Source: a virus
Lineage: Duplodnaviria; Caudoviricetes
DNA length: 64,000 nucleotides
Reading direction: 5' to 3' (one strand)
IMG/VR virus record: IMGVR_UViG_3300021387_001774
Location: 199,687 to 263,686 of that record
In this document: positions 8,527 to 18,544 of the stretch, piece after piece
How positions within the stretch are numbered: the first letter of the stretch is position 1
Layout: the number at the start of each line of letters is the position of its first letter
Notes under the pieces: model-generated
Databases searched by the model: none
What the model was told of the DNA's origin: nothing
Seen by the model: only the letters and a program-made list of their open reading frames with translations
Program-made: the position numbers and the translations under genes

Positions 8527-9882
8527 ATGCATAGACATTATGAATATTTTTTCGATATATTATTTACGATACCTGCTAGAAACATTTCTTTTAAACCTTA
8601 TTCAATGGTAGAATTTGTTAAAGAATGTAATTATCATAATAGTACCATTCCTTCATATAAACTTAAATGTAAAATAAAAGATAAGAATTTAAACGTTTTA
8701 CGTTTATATGATAAAGAAGTAATGGTAAATATAAAACAATATATGTATTATGGAGAAAAAAGAGAAAATTTAAGTGATTGTAAAATATTATTGGATCTAG
8801 ATTTTGCTTGTTACTTTGATAAGAATTCGTTACCTAATTATATGGCTTCTGCTAAAAAGGCTAGTCCTACAATAGGTGAGAAAGACGAATATTTACCAAA
8901 TACTCTTGGTGTAGAAACACCACACGAAATTCAATTTTTTCTTTTATTAAAAGATGATTTGAAAATGAAAACATTTATACATAATTATGTATTTGGTTCA
9001 GAAGAAATGCCTGCGTCAACTATAGATGCGGTAATGACTATAGTTGAACAGAATCCATATGTAAAAGAAGTACTTATAGATCCTCCAGATAATACGAATA
9101 AATATACAGATATTATAGTTGAACCAGCAGAACTAAAAGATGCTATTAAAAATATACAATATAAATATGGTATATATTCTAAAGGATTAGAATTATTTTT
9201 TGATAACGGAATGCTTTATATTTTAAATAAAATGGAAATAAATCATTCTAAACGAGAGAAAGAATTAAATGTTATTCAGATAAGAGCTAATGAAAGAACA
9301 GATATACCAAGTACAATAGATTATGCTCTAATTAATGAAGACGAAGGATATATAGGATATGAACGAAAAACAACAGTTTCTAAAATGGATTTTGAAGCAA
9401 TAGAAGGTATTTACTCTGGTGATAAATTTGTATTTAGCAATTATGGAACGGTTATAAATTCTATGTTTGGTGATAAAGGTAAAACAACATTTGTTTCACC
9501 ATTGAATAGCGTTGATAGACCTAGACCAGCTAGAGTAGATGTAGGAGTTAAAAAAATATTGGATTACGATATGCTAAATAATCCATTTAATATGAGTTCA
9601 TATATGTTCGAAAAGACACCGGGTGTACCTATAAGTTTAGCTATAACATCTATGAATCCTGAACATTTTACTCCTAATAAAATGGTTAAGATAGGTTTTG
9701 ATACATCCGAATCACAAAAGATGTATTCTGGTTTATATAATATACAATCTGCTTCTTTTGTTTATAGACAAACTCAATCTAATCCTGCAAAACGTTTTAA
9801 TGCTTTTGGACATGCTGTATTAGTATTGGGTAATAAACAAGAAGGATATGATAAAGATTATGAACCATTAAAAGAAAAATAA
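8527..9882 (+). CDS. hypothetical protein, possibly tail/baseplate hub-like
   Basis: 451 aa ORF with GAGG RBS; function is a guess. Confidence 0.7.
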   Translation: MHRHYEYFFDILFTIPARNISFKPYSMVEFVKECNYHNSTIPSYKLKCKIKDKNLNVLRLYDKEVMVNIKQYMYYGEKRENLSDCKILLDLDFACYFDKNSLPNYMASAKKASPTIGEKDEYLPNTLGVETPHEIQFFLLLKDDLKMKTFIHNYVFGSEEMPASTIDAVMTIVEQNPYVKEVLIDPPDNTNKYTDIIVEPAELKDAIKNIQYKYGIYSKGLELFFDNGMLYILNKMEINHSKREKELNVIQIRANERTDIPSTIDYALINEDEGYIGYERKTTVSKMDFEAIEGIYSGDKFVFSNYGTVINSMFGDKGKTTFVSPLNSVDRPRPARVDVGVKKILDYDMLNNPFNMSSYMFEKTPGVPISLAITSMNPEHFTPNKMVKIGFDTSESQKMYSGLYNIQSASFVYRQTQSNPAKRFNAFGHAVLVLGNKQEGYDKDYEPLKEK

Positions 9883-9920
9883 AATAAACAGGGAGATATT
9901 TCTCCCTGTTTATTTACTTA

Positions 9921-11258
9921 TTATAAAGGTTTAAAAATATTTAAAGTTGAACACAGAGAATAAGTCAAATTATCCACTGGATGCAAACTATTTACGGTAT
10001 TTTGATTATTAAACATATCAACAAATGGATTACCAGTTGATACATTAGCTTTCATAACTCTAGAATATTCTTTATTTCTAGCTTCACGTTCAGCAGACAA
10101 TTTTTTATAAAGTTTTGGCAAGAAATCTGGATTATTAATGATATATCTTTCGTAATCATTTCCTCCACATCTTACTTTATTTTCATTAGGAAGTTCTTCC
10201 CAATAAGGCAAATCTTCACGCAAAAGATTAGCCAAAGATTCAATGAATCTAGGTTGTTCATCGATCATTTCACCAAAACACATGGAGTTATAATGCCAGA
10301 AACCAAGAACATGACCAATCTCATGTATTAAGACTTTATGAATTACATTACCTTTAGTGTTTTTAAAATATTGTTCTCGAATTTTAACAATACTTCCATG
10401 ACCTAAACCTCTATAGATATTAGCTGGCCACCATCCACCTTGAGTAACAGCGGCACCAATCTTGTCACTATTTGGACAAGCACCAAGACTAAATGTGTTT
10501 CTAGTTTGTGGACCACCATAATGTGATGAACCAATTCCCCATACTTTTAATAAATGATTTAAATCTTCATCTTCAGTAAGGTCAATACACATGATTTCTT
10601 CTGGTGTATTCGTTGGGAAATTTTTATAATTATTTGTACCTGCGCCAGTATCATCTTTATATTCTGGTAAGATTCTAAATTTTTTACCAACAATTTTTTC
10701 GAAATTACGTAAAGTTTTTACCATTTCTTCAGATTGCATAGTGTATGCTAGATTAGTGATAGCCATTAAAATATTTTTAACGTCTTCTTTTGTTTGTCTT
10801 TTCTTTGCACCATATTCGCAATACATTGGAATAGTAACATTCCAACAAATGTTCATATTTAGAAGTTTTTTATATCGTTCATCTTCTACTTCTACACTCA
10901 TTTTGAATTCGTTATATTTATCCATAACTCCAGTCTTAATGATAATATTCTCCAAAGGTTCAATAGTTAATGTAAAAATTTTATGTTTACCTTCAGCAAG
11001 CACTGGATATTCAAAATATACATCAACTTCGAGTGTGTATAATGAATAATTCATCAATTCGATAGTATCTTTATATTCGCCATATTTAACTACTAATGGA
11101 TCTCTAAGTGGAATAACTTGACCAGAGTACCAATGATCTGTACTAGGATCCAACACATTTTTAGATGTTATTGAAGGTTTGATAAATTTGAAGGGGTTCT
11201 CATAAGTAGGAACAGATTCAGAAACCTCAACAACATCGTCATTAAAAATTTGACTCAT
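9921..11258 (-). CDS. zinc metallopeptidase (metzincin-type)
   Basis: HEIGHVLGFWH = HExxHxxGxxH followed by a Met (YNSM); late promoter at 11318. Confidence 0.8.
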   Translation of the reverse strand: MSQIFNDDVVEVSESVPTYENPFKFIKPSITSKNVLDPSTDHWYSGQVIPLRDPLVVKYGEYKDTIELMNYSLYTLEVDVYFEYPVLAEGKHKIFTLTIEPLENIIIKTGVMDKYNEFKMSVEVEDERYKKLLNMNICWNVTIPMYCEYGAKKRQTKEDVKNILMAITNLAYTMQSEEMVKTLRNFEKIVGKKFRILPEYKDDTGAGTNNYKNFPTNTPEEIMCIDLTEDEDLNHLLKVWGIGSSHYGGPQTRNTFSLGACPNSDKIGAAVTQGGWWPANIYRGLGHGSIVKIREQYFKNTKGNVIHKVLIHEIGHVLGFWHYNSMCFGEMIDEQPRFIESLANLLREDLPYWEELPNENKVRCGGNDYERYIINNPDFLPKLYKKLSAEREARNKEYSRVMKANVSTGNPFVDMFNNQNTVNSLHPVDNLTYSLCSTLNIFKPL

Positions 11259-11385
11259 ATTACTCTCCGATAAAAAAGAATTAGAAAGATCATAACGACC
11301 TTTCTATATTTTAATGTTATTTAAATTACATATTATATTCGTGGATAGTAGAAATACTATACTAAATAATATAAGGAAGGAAGAA

Positions 11386-11652
11386 ATGGTATTTTACAAT
11401 TCATTGACCGGATATGTAAACGTTAAGGATCTTTCAAAAGATGTTTTTGAAAGTATTATGAAAAAGATTGGATGTGAATATTCTATCCATAAAGAAGATG
11501 GGGAAGAATACTATAAATTCACATACAAGCGTACAAACAATTTTTCAATGTCTAATGGAACTGCAGCTAAATTAGATTTTAGTGGAGTTACAATGGAAGA
11601 TGTTGATTTAGTCGCCAATCAATTAACTGAAACTGTTGATAATTTGGTTTAA
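11386..11652 (+). CDS. hypothetical early protein (start reassigned to ATG 11386)
   Basis: AAGGAAGG RBS before ATG 11386; the ORF-track start overlaps the promoter. Confidence 0.75.
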   Translation: MVFYNSLTGYVNVKDLSKDVFESIMKKIGCEYSIHKEDGEEYYKFTYKRTNNFSMSNGTAAKLDFSGVTMEDVDLVANQLTETVDNLV

Positions 11653-11665
11653 GAGGGTAGATAGA

Positions 11666-11839
11666 ATGAATGATAAAGTTAATTTCGATTCTGTCTATAT
11701 TGATGATTACGTCAATGCGAAAGAGCCTGATAAAAAGGAATTCGCAATGATACGTGCTAGGTTTTATGTAAAAGATAAATATGGGGTCGTTGTAGAAGAT
11801 CCTATAAAATATCTTATTGCTATAAGATCTGGTAAATAA
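11666..11839 (+). CDS. small hypothetical protein
   Basis: GAGGG RBS before ATG 11666. Confidence 0.65.
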   Translation: MNDKVNFDSVYIDDYVNAKEPDKKEFAMIRARFYVKDKYGVVVEDPIKYLIAIRSGK

Positions 11840-11879
11840 AATAAATAGGGGAGAATTAATTCTCCCCTATTTATTTTTT

Positions 11880-13082
11880 TTAATTCATTGTTGCTACAGT
11901 TATTGATTTTTTTGCTCTAGTTATACCAGTATATAACCAGCGGAAATATATGTGTGATGGTATTCTGTCTTCGACTACTAGTAATACATTATCGGCTTCT
12001 GATCCTTGATATTTATGTACAGAAGCAGCATATCCATAGTCAATCATACATATATCACCTAATGTTTCATCATCTATATTTTCATTATATAGCTCTTCTA
12101 TAAATGCTTCTTTAGCTGGATTCTTTTGATACTGCTCAAATATTTGACAGAAGCATTTAGGTTTCAATGATAATTCAGGATTAGTATTATCTAAGAAATC
12201 TGGAGTGAAATTTAGATCGACTAATTCTAAATCATTATAATCTGTAATCTTTGCATCTTGATTTACAATACCAAACATTCCATTTATAATATAAATAGGA
12301 ATATCTTGGTAATCAATCATGTAATTATAATTATTCATTAAACACATAATTCGTTCACCTTTTACTGGATAAACACTTGTATATCCTTTAAGTTGACGAA
12401 TATATAAATTTAATTTTCTTCTCATAGCATTTGAAAAACAAAGTACTATGTCGTAATCTAATATTTTTTCACCAATTTCTTCAAAATGTACCACTTTACT
12501 AGCATTATAAGTTCCATATTCCAATTGTTGACAACTTCTAGCTATACTAGCTAATTGTAATATACCACTAGAGTCATCTTGTCTCATAGGTTTTGATAAG
12601 AATACATCTGAATATTTTTCAGGTTCTGCAATCAAAAAATTAATTTTTCCGAGACAAGGTAACTGAAACCAGTCACCTAAACAAATAGTCGGAACTCCAA
12701 ACGATAATATATCTTGTAGCATTTTTTCTGTAACCATAGAAACTTCATCTATAACTATAAGTTTTATATTTGGATTAATATGTTTTTTGAGATTAAACCC
12801 AAATGAAGTTCTCGTTTTGAATACAGAATAAAATGTTTTATGCACTGTGTTAGCTGGATTACCTTTCATTCTTAGAACTAAAGCTGCTTTACCAGTTAAT
12901 GTACAGAAAATTACATCTTGATTATTTAATCCTAGCATTTTAATAATGATACTAAGTACAGTTGATTTACCAGTTCCTGCTAAACCAAATATAGTAAAAT
13001 ATGGTTTAAATACAGAATCAGTAAAATACCATTGTACACATTTCTTCACAGCGTCTAACTGTTGATCATTTAAAGTAATCAT
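11880..13082 (-). CDS. SF1B helicase (Dda/RecD-like)
   Basis: GLAGTGKST Walker A, DEVSM, GDWFQL, HKYQGSE, YTGITRAK. Confidence 0.9.
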   Translation of the reverse strand: MITLNDQQLDAVKKCVQWYFTDSVFKPYFTIFGLAGTGKSTVLSIIIKMLGLNNQDVIFCTLTGKAALVLRMKGNPANTVHKTFYSVFKTRTSFGFNLKKHINPNIKLIVIDEVSMVTEKMLQDILSFGVPTICLGDWFQLPCLGKINFLIAEPEKYSDVFLSKPMRQDDSSGILQLASIARSCQQLEYGTYNASKVVHFEEIGEKILDYDIVLCFSNAMRRKLNLYIRQLKGYTSVYPVKGERIMCLMNNYNYMIDYQDIPIYIINGMFGIVNQDAKITDYNDLELVDLNFTPDFLDNTNPELSLKPKCFCQIFEQYQKNPAKEAFIEELYNENIDDETLGDICMIDYGYAASVHKYQGSEADNVLLVVEDRIPSHIYFRWLYTGITRAKKSITVATMN

Positions 13083-13100
13083 ATATTGTTGTGTTTCTGG

Positions 13101-13216
13101 AAAAAAATAAAAAGGAGGAGATCGCTAACTGGGTGGGAAGAAATGCGACCTCCTCCTAACATAAGGAAGAAAAATGGGGAAAGCTATTAGAGAATGGACA
13201 CTCTATAGCTTCCATG
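13101..13216 (-). ncRNA. candidate antisense sRNA S3
   Basis: Own early-type promoter (13232-13218), 5' hairpin, single-stranded CCATTTTTCTTCCTTATGTT, terminator AGGAGGAG/CTCCTCCT with a T tract; no ORF. Confidence 0.7.
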
Positions 13217-13290
13217 TAAATAATATATAATTATAAATTCTTTTATTTTTATTCTAAAATATATCTATATAATGTTTTAGGAGTTTAATT

Positions 13291-13815
13291 ATGTCTAATA
13301 AAAAAGAAAAAGATGTAGAAATGACTAATTATCAGGAATATTTTAAACCTGAATTAGATGCACTTGATAACCAATATAATAAGAATGAAAAATTGTATGA
13401 TGAAGTGCATAAAAGTCTTGAGAAAAAGCTCGATACACTAGAAGGTAAATCTATGTTTGGTTCTGGTTCACCACATCGTGATGTAGCAGAACTTGGTAAA
13501 GTGCTTAATGATATTCGTGGTAATCAGGTTCAAACTATTAAAGAAAGGACCAATGTAAAGAAGACTATTAAAGATTTTGAATTACGTGAACGTAATCTTA
13601 ATACTGCTACTACTGAAACAGAAGCACTTCAGGAAGTTATGAAGAAAGTAGTAACAAGTATTCAATATAGTAATCCTACAGCTGTTTTACCTACTGCTAG
13701 TGAAAAAGCTAATAATGATGGCATAGAAAAACTTAAAGATCTTGATCCTCAAAAGTTAGGTTTGAATGAGAATGATCTAAAGATGATTGACCGTTTTAAG
13801 AAAGCAAATTCTTAA
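13291..13815 (+). CDS. coiled-coil hypothetical protein
   Basis: AGGAG RBS. Confidence 0.8.
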   Translation: MSNKKEKDVEMTNYQEYFKPELDALDNQYNKNEKLYDEVHKSLEKKLDTLEGKSMFGSGSPHRDVAELGKVLNDIRGNQVQTIKERTNVKKTIKDFELRERNLNTATTETEALQEVMKKVVTSIQYSNPTAVLPTASEKANNDGIEKLKDLDPQKLGLNENDLKMIDRFKKANS

Positions 13816-13824
13816 GGAGTAATA

Positions 13825-15816
13825 ATGAATCTTCTTAAAGATACACCGTGTACATTCCGTTATGGTTTGTATCATACATCAGATCATAAAGTTCTTATAG
13901 TGTTTCTAAAATCTAAAGAAGAAATTAATGATTATTCTAGTACTATTCTAGAAACACTCTATGAAAATGCTATATTTCTTAATTATAAAATAAATAAGAA
14001 CGAAACCGTTAAAGTTACATGTAGTGATAATCAAGTAACTATGAAACAATTCGATTCAGATATTAACAATTATTGTAAAAAATATGGTAATACTACAGAT
14101 GAAATACGTGTAATAAATGCAACACCAGAGCATAAATTGCTTTTTGGTATTGATGTATTTACTACTATAGTAAATAATACAAAGAATCTGTATATGGAAC
14201 TTGGTGAAAGTGGTTTTCATGTTAGTTCTTCAGAGTTTAATACGCTTGATACGTTTACTATTCAAACAGGTAAGTTATATCCAGAATCAACAGTTAATCT
14301 TTATGTAAAGAAAATATCTGTTATGAATCTAGAAATAACTGTAGCTAATAAAGATGAAGATATTCATGCTTTTAACTTTATTATTTCTTCGTTTGCAAAT
14401 ATAATTTATCTCAAACTCTATTCTACTATTACTACAATTATTACTGCTGGTTCTAAAGAAGGCGAAAATATTTCTAATGCAAAACTTATTTCTAACTATA
14501 TTGAATTTTATGGTGAAGAAAAAGTAGAAGATAATAATAAAGAACGATTAGGAATATTTGGATTCAAGAGTGCATTAATTGGTGAGATTCAAGTAAATGA
14601 AGAAGTTGTTGTAGGTAATATTCTTAAAGTTGATAAATTAGTTTCATTTACTTTAAATAGATTTCATAGAAAGATTAATTCTATGTCTAATGGATATGGG
14701 GTTTGTATATATAGAGTAGCTAATGTAAATCTTTCTGATTTATCATATGAGATAACTAAAGATTCCGATATTCCTAAGGATGTATCTATTGTACATTTCC
14801 TTAAAGATACAGATAGTGGTTTCCATAAAAAGATATTTTTATACAATTCTTCTATTAAAAATGCGACCGATAATAATATTACGTTACTTTCATTAGAAGA
14901 AACAACTGTAGAAAATGTTTATATTTCTGATTGTGAAATTGGTAATGGAGTAACATTTATAAAGAAACACGACGATACTGAAATATTAAAATTAACATTT
15001 AATAATATTACTATGGATGTTATAGAAGATATCTTGTTTAATAATGTAGATAAACTCTATTTTACAAATTGCATATTTACTACTCTTGGTACTATAAGTG
15101 TAACTAGCGAATTTATAAGTATCAACGGAGGAATGTGGAAGTTTAAGAAGTGTGAACTTGGAAATAGTAACTTTATTTCACATAATGTAAATATACAGAA
15201 TGTTGAATTCCATGGAGACATCTTTAATGTATTAAATGATAGAGCAAATTCTCTAGATGGAAAATTTTTCGATAATGATAGTAAAATAGATGTAGAAAAA
15301 ATAACTGTTGATGGATATCAGACATCTTTAGCTGGTACCGTGTTATATAGCAAATCGTTTGTATGTGGTTGTGATAAAACACTTACTTTAACTCGTGCAA
15401 CTATAGATATAAAAGAATCCTCAGAAATTACAGCAAATTGTTCATTGTCTGGTACTCTTATGGCTATTAGTGATGATCCAGAATACAAACTAAACATTAA
15501 AGTAGAAGATAAAGAGAAGTTCTTATCTAATAATACCTTAGATATTATAAGTATTGGTGGAGAATCACCAATTATTAAATGTATTACAAATAATACATTA
15601 AAGGTGAAACTTATAAATGATAGTAATGATATTTTCTATATTGATTATCTTAGTGATTATAATTCTGATCAGAACTCTAGAATAACTTTTGTACCATTAT
15701 TTGATAATCCTATAGATTACAAAGTTATCACAGATACTGAAAAACTTGTTCAGATAAATAAAATGGAATCCTCCAAAGAAAATAGCGATATAGTTTTTGA
15801 AGTAATCAAAAAATAA
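13825..15816 (+). CDS. hypothetical protein with beta-helix-like C-terminal half
   Basis: 663 aa; I/N/F/T-rich alternating strands. Confidence 0.75.
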   Translation: MNLLKDTPCTFRYGLYHTSDHKVLIVFLKSKEEINDYSSTILETLYENAIFLNYKINKNETVKVTCSDNQVTMKQFDSDINNYCKKYGNTTDEIRVINATPEHKLLFGIDVFTTIVNNTKNLYMELGESGFHVSSSEFNTLDTFTIQTGKLYPESTVNLYVKKISVMNLEITVANKDEDIHAFNFIISSFANIIYLKLYSTITTIITAGSKEGENISNAKLISNYIEFYGEEKVEDNNKERLGIFGFKSALIGEIQVNEEVVVGNILKVDKLVSFTLNRFHRKINSMSNGYGVCIYRVANVNLSDLSYEITKDSDIPKDVSIVHFLKDTDSGFHKKIFLYNSSIKNATDNNITLLSLEETTVENVYISDCEIGNGVTFIKKHDDTEILKLTFNNITMDVIEDILFNNVDKLYFTNCIFTTLGTISVTSEFISINGGMWKFKKCELGNSNFISHNVNIQNVEFHGDIFNVLNDRANSLDGKFFDNDSKIDVEKITVDGYQTSLAGTVLYSKSFVCGCDKTLTLTRATIDIKESSEITANCSLSGTLMAISDDPEYKLNIKVEDKEKFLSNNTLDIISIGGESPIIKCITNNTLKVKLINDSNDIFYIDYLSDYNSDQNSRITFVPLFDNPIDYKVITDTEKLVQINKMESSKENSDIVFEVIKK

Positions 15817-15845
15817 TTATATATTATTTATTTGGAGGTCAAGTT

Positions 15846-16112
15846 ATGGAAACATATGTATTTTCAACTGATGAAAAACAAGCTAAACCAAACAGTATTA
15901 TTCTTAAAAGGTACAAAATACCCTTTCTAAGAATAGAGAAAGAGTACAAAGTAGATGAGAATGGAAAGAAACACAAAACAAGAACCGAAGTATCAATGTG
16001 TGAAGACAAAGATATGGGAAAATCGGCAGCAATAGTCATTGTATCAAGTATAGGATTTTCTACACTGTGTACAGGACTTGCAAAACTTGTAAATGCTTTT
16101 AAGAAAAATTAA
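15846..16112 (+). CDS. small early protein with C-terminal hydrophobic helix
   Basis: GGAGG RBS; AAIVIVSSIGFSTLCTGLA. Confidence 0.75.
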   Translation: METYVFSTDEKQAKPNSIILKRYKIPFLRIEKEYKVDENGKKHKTRTEVSMCEDKDMGKSAAIVIVSSIGFSTLCTGLAKLVNAFKKN

Positions 16113-16261
16113 TTAATAAGAGTGGTCCTAACGACCACTCTTATTTTTTTTTACTGTTCAAACTATACCATCTAATTATATATTATATTAATGAGGTAAA
16201 GATTAGGGAGGGTACACCACACCCTCCCTAAAATTGTGTTATCTCAAAGGAGGTAATCAGT

Positions 16262-16408
16262 ATGCTTTTTAAATACTATTATTCGTTCCTAGACGAAGAT
16301 GGTAACCTGAAAGCTGATCATACTTATCTTAGTAGAGATGAGTTCATCAGAATTACAGGTGGAATAGATCCTGTTGAAGCTGGTGCCGAAGTTTACCGAA
16401 GGCATTAA
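16262..16408 (+). CDS. 48-aa small protein (not in ORF track)
   Basis: AAAGGAGGT RBS; MLFKYYYSFLDEDGNLKADHTYLSRDEFIRITGGIDPVEAGAEVYRRH. Confidence 0.7.
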   Translation: MLFKYYYSFLDEDGNLKADHTYLSRDEFIRITGGIDPVEAGAEVYRRH

Positions 16409-16599
16409 ATTTCAACAGGATCAAGTTCTTTGAGATAATATACTATAATGTATAATATTAAATAGAAAAATATTCTTTATAATGAAGCTTCGTTGAAAAC
16501 ATTATAAAGAATGACAGGTCAACTAACAGTACCTGTTTTTTATTTTTTCTGTTCAACGTGCAAGTATAATTATATATTATATGTATGGGAGGTGTTAAG

Positions 16600-16845
16600 A
16601 TGAATAGTCTGGATCTACTTTGTCTTAACGTTGTTGCCCCTGTTAAAAAGATTGAACAAAGTGGGTTGTTCAATAATAAATATAGGGGAACAGGGATTGA
16701 CTTTCAGAAGATGATAGAAGAAGAATCTAAAAAGTCTTCTGGAAGAAAAGAAGAGGTTCGTTCAAGTACCTCAAATCAAAACTTGGATTATGCCTATATT
16801 GCCATGGCTTCTTTCTTGGTAAAGAAAGATGACAAGAAAATATAG
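16600..16845 (+). CDS. small early protein
   Basis: GGGAGG RBS before ATG 16600. Confidence 0.7.
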   Translation: MNSLDLLCLNVVAPVKKIEQSGLFNNKYRGTGIDFQKMIEEESKKSSGRKEEVRSSTSNQNLDYAYIAMASFLVKKDDKKI

Positions 16846-16901
16846 GCAAAATAAAAAGAAGTATCCAGGATAGATACTTCTTTTTTTAAGGGAGAACAGT
16901 T

Positions 16902-17303
16902 ATGAAAAAGAAATTATTTATATTCTTTTTATTTATTTTATTTTTTGTTATTAATTCTGGTGCATTAGGTAATGAGATTGTTAAGACAGAAGTGAAAAAT
17001 GGTCTTTATAAATATAATAGAGATATTAATATAGAATGGATTTATTATAAAGACTATAATGAAGTTTTATGTTTTTCATACATGGAAATGACTGAAGAAA
17101 TCGATAAAGATAATCATCATAAATATGGAGATGAACTCGAATCTGCAACATACATTTTTGTTTCATATTATAAGAATTATTTTTATAGTTCTAAACACTA
17201 TAAATCTTATAAATTTTTAAAGAAGAATTTACATTATAATGTGATACTAAAAGATGGAAAAAGCTATATTATTATGGAAATGAGATTCATATTAAAACAA
17301 TAA
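16902..17303 (+). CDS. exported protein with Sec signal peptide
   Basis: MKKKLFIFFLFILFFVINSGALG. Confidence 0.75.
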   Translation: MKKKLFIFFLFILFFVINSGALGNEIVKTEVKNGLYKYNRDINIEWIYYKDYNEVLCFSYMEMTEEIDKDNHHKYGDELESATYIFVSYYKNYFYSSKHYKSYKFLKKNLHYNVILKDGKSYIIMEMRFILKQ

Positions 17304-17313
17304 AAATATTTTT

Positions 17314-17387
17314 GAGCCTATAGCTCAGTTGGTTAGAGCTGCAGACTCATAATCTGTAGGTCCTTGGTTCAAGTCCAAGTAGGCTCA
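17314..17387 (+). tRNA. tRNA-Ile2/Met(CAT), Ile2 more likely
   Basis: Cloverleaf GAGCCTA/TAGGCTC, GCAGA-CTCATAA-TCTGT; acceptor and D arm resemble tRNA-Ile. Confidence 0.9.
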
Positions 17388-17648
17388 TTTGGTAATAGGA
17401 ATGAAGATAGAAAGGTTGTTACACAAGAAATCTTTTTATTGAGATATGTCTTTGAGTGTACAATAGGGGATATATCGAGATAAAATAATATTTTCATTCA
17501 TTAACTATTGCCGTTAGATAATAATAAACAACTCAAGTGTATTAAAACTGAGACAATGATAGATAATCGGCCGTAAAAAATCTTGTTTTCTAAACTCTTT
17601 ATTATCATCAGATAAATAAAGAGCTAGTTTTAATGAGTTGTTAATTTT

Positions 17649-17713
17649 CGTCTTATAGCTCAGTGGTAGAGCGGTGGACGCATAATCCGTTGGTCCGAAT
17701 CCAAGTAAGACTC
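17649..17713 (+). pseudogene. degenerate tRNA(CAT)
   Basis: D arm and anticodon arm present, but G at position 33, 1-72 mismatch and the 5' half of the T arm deleted (GGTC^CGAATCCAAG). Confidence 0.75.
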
Positions 17714-17782
17714 ATATTTTAAGTATTTAAACTAAATATAATATAATTATATATTATATTAGTGAATAAAGAAATTTATTTT

Positions 17783-17863
17783 GGGGAAGTGGTGGAATGC
17801 AGACACATGAGCCTTAAGAGCTTACGCCGTATTGGCATACGGGTTCGAGTCCCGTCTTCCCTA
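17783..17863 (+). tRNA. tRNA-Leu(TAA)
   Basis: GGGGAAG/CTTCCCT, TGAGC-CTTAAGA-GCTTA, long variable arm, GGTTCGAGTCC. Confidence 0.92.
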
Positions 17864-17986
17864 AGGCAGAAAACATAAGTCTATCGTGAAAAGGGATTAA
17901 GTTCCCCTATGATAGATGGTCGAACTAGGATGGAATATCCTCAGGAAGAGAGTTTTGCACGTATTAGATCTTCCAACTTTGTTTAA

Positions 17987-18134
17987 GGTATAGCAAAACG
18001 GCTAGTCATTGATACGTATCATTAGGTGATAGGACTTCTTAAGCGTAGTTCAAACCATTATAGTTGAAACTTATTGCTGGGAAGACTTAATGATATTAGT
18101 ACTTTGATTGTGAGTTCGATCCTCACCTATACCA
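17987..18134 (+). ncRNA. 148-nt tRNA-like RNA with a long rod replacing the D/anticodon arms
   Basis: Acceptor GGTATAG/CTATACC-A, T arm GTGAG-TTCGATC-CTCAC, internal helices TATCATTAGG/CTTAATGATA and CTTCTTAAGC/GCTGGGAAG. Confidence 0.65.
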
Positions 18135-18137
18135 ATC

Positions 18138-18390
18138 GGTGGTTTATAACAAAGTGGCTAAAAAGTATGCCCACCATCAAGCTTCTTTCTTCATTGTATA
18201 CTGGGGAGAAAAGAAGTATAAATATCCTACCACGCATGCGTGATCGCTTATACTGCTGTAGCCATGAGAAAGTCGCTAGTATAAGACGGAAGAGTAGGTA
18301 CTTTTACAAATGAACAGTCCCTTTGCCTGTTTCGAGAACGACGGCATTTGTAGAAGTAATGGTTTATAGCTGGTTATGAAATAGGCACTT
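18138..18390 (+). ncRNA. multibranched structured RNA within the tRNA cluster
   Basis: Helices TTTATAAC/GTTATGAA, CCTAC/GTAGG, CTTATACT/AGTATAAG, TACTTTTACAAATG/CATTTGTAGAAGTA; raised GC. Confidence 0.55.
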
Positions 18391-18391
18391 T

Positions 18392-18464
18392 GGACTTTTA
18401 GCTCAGTTGGTAGAGCAACGCCCTTTTAAGGCGTGGGTCGCGGGTTCAAATCCCGCAAAGTTCA
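18392..18464 (+). tRNA. tRNA-Lys(TTT)
   Basis: GGACTTT/AAAGTTC, ACGCC-CTTTTAA-GGCGT, GGTTCAAATCC. Confidence 0.95.
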
Positions 18465-18471
18465 TTTTTAT

Positions 18472-18544
18472 TCGGATGTCGTCAAGTGGTAAGACAATGG
18501 CTTTTGGTGCCATCATTCCGCAGGTTCGAATCCTGCCATCCGAA
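18472..18544 (+). tRNA. tRNA-Gln(TTG)
   Basis: TCGGATG/CATCCGA, ATGGC-TTTTGGT-GCCAT, GGTTCGAATCC. Confidence 0.92.

Noticed and set aside
17987-18134. tmRNA
   Set aside because: No G3-U70 alanine determinant, far too short, and no tag reading frame.
18074-18313. 79-aa ORF in the tRNA cluster
   Set aside because: TTG start, no RBS, and it overlaps strongly paired RNA structures.
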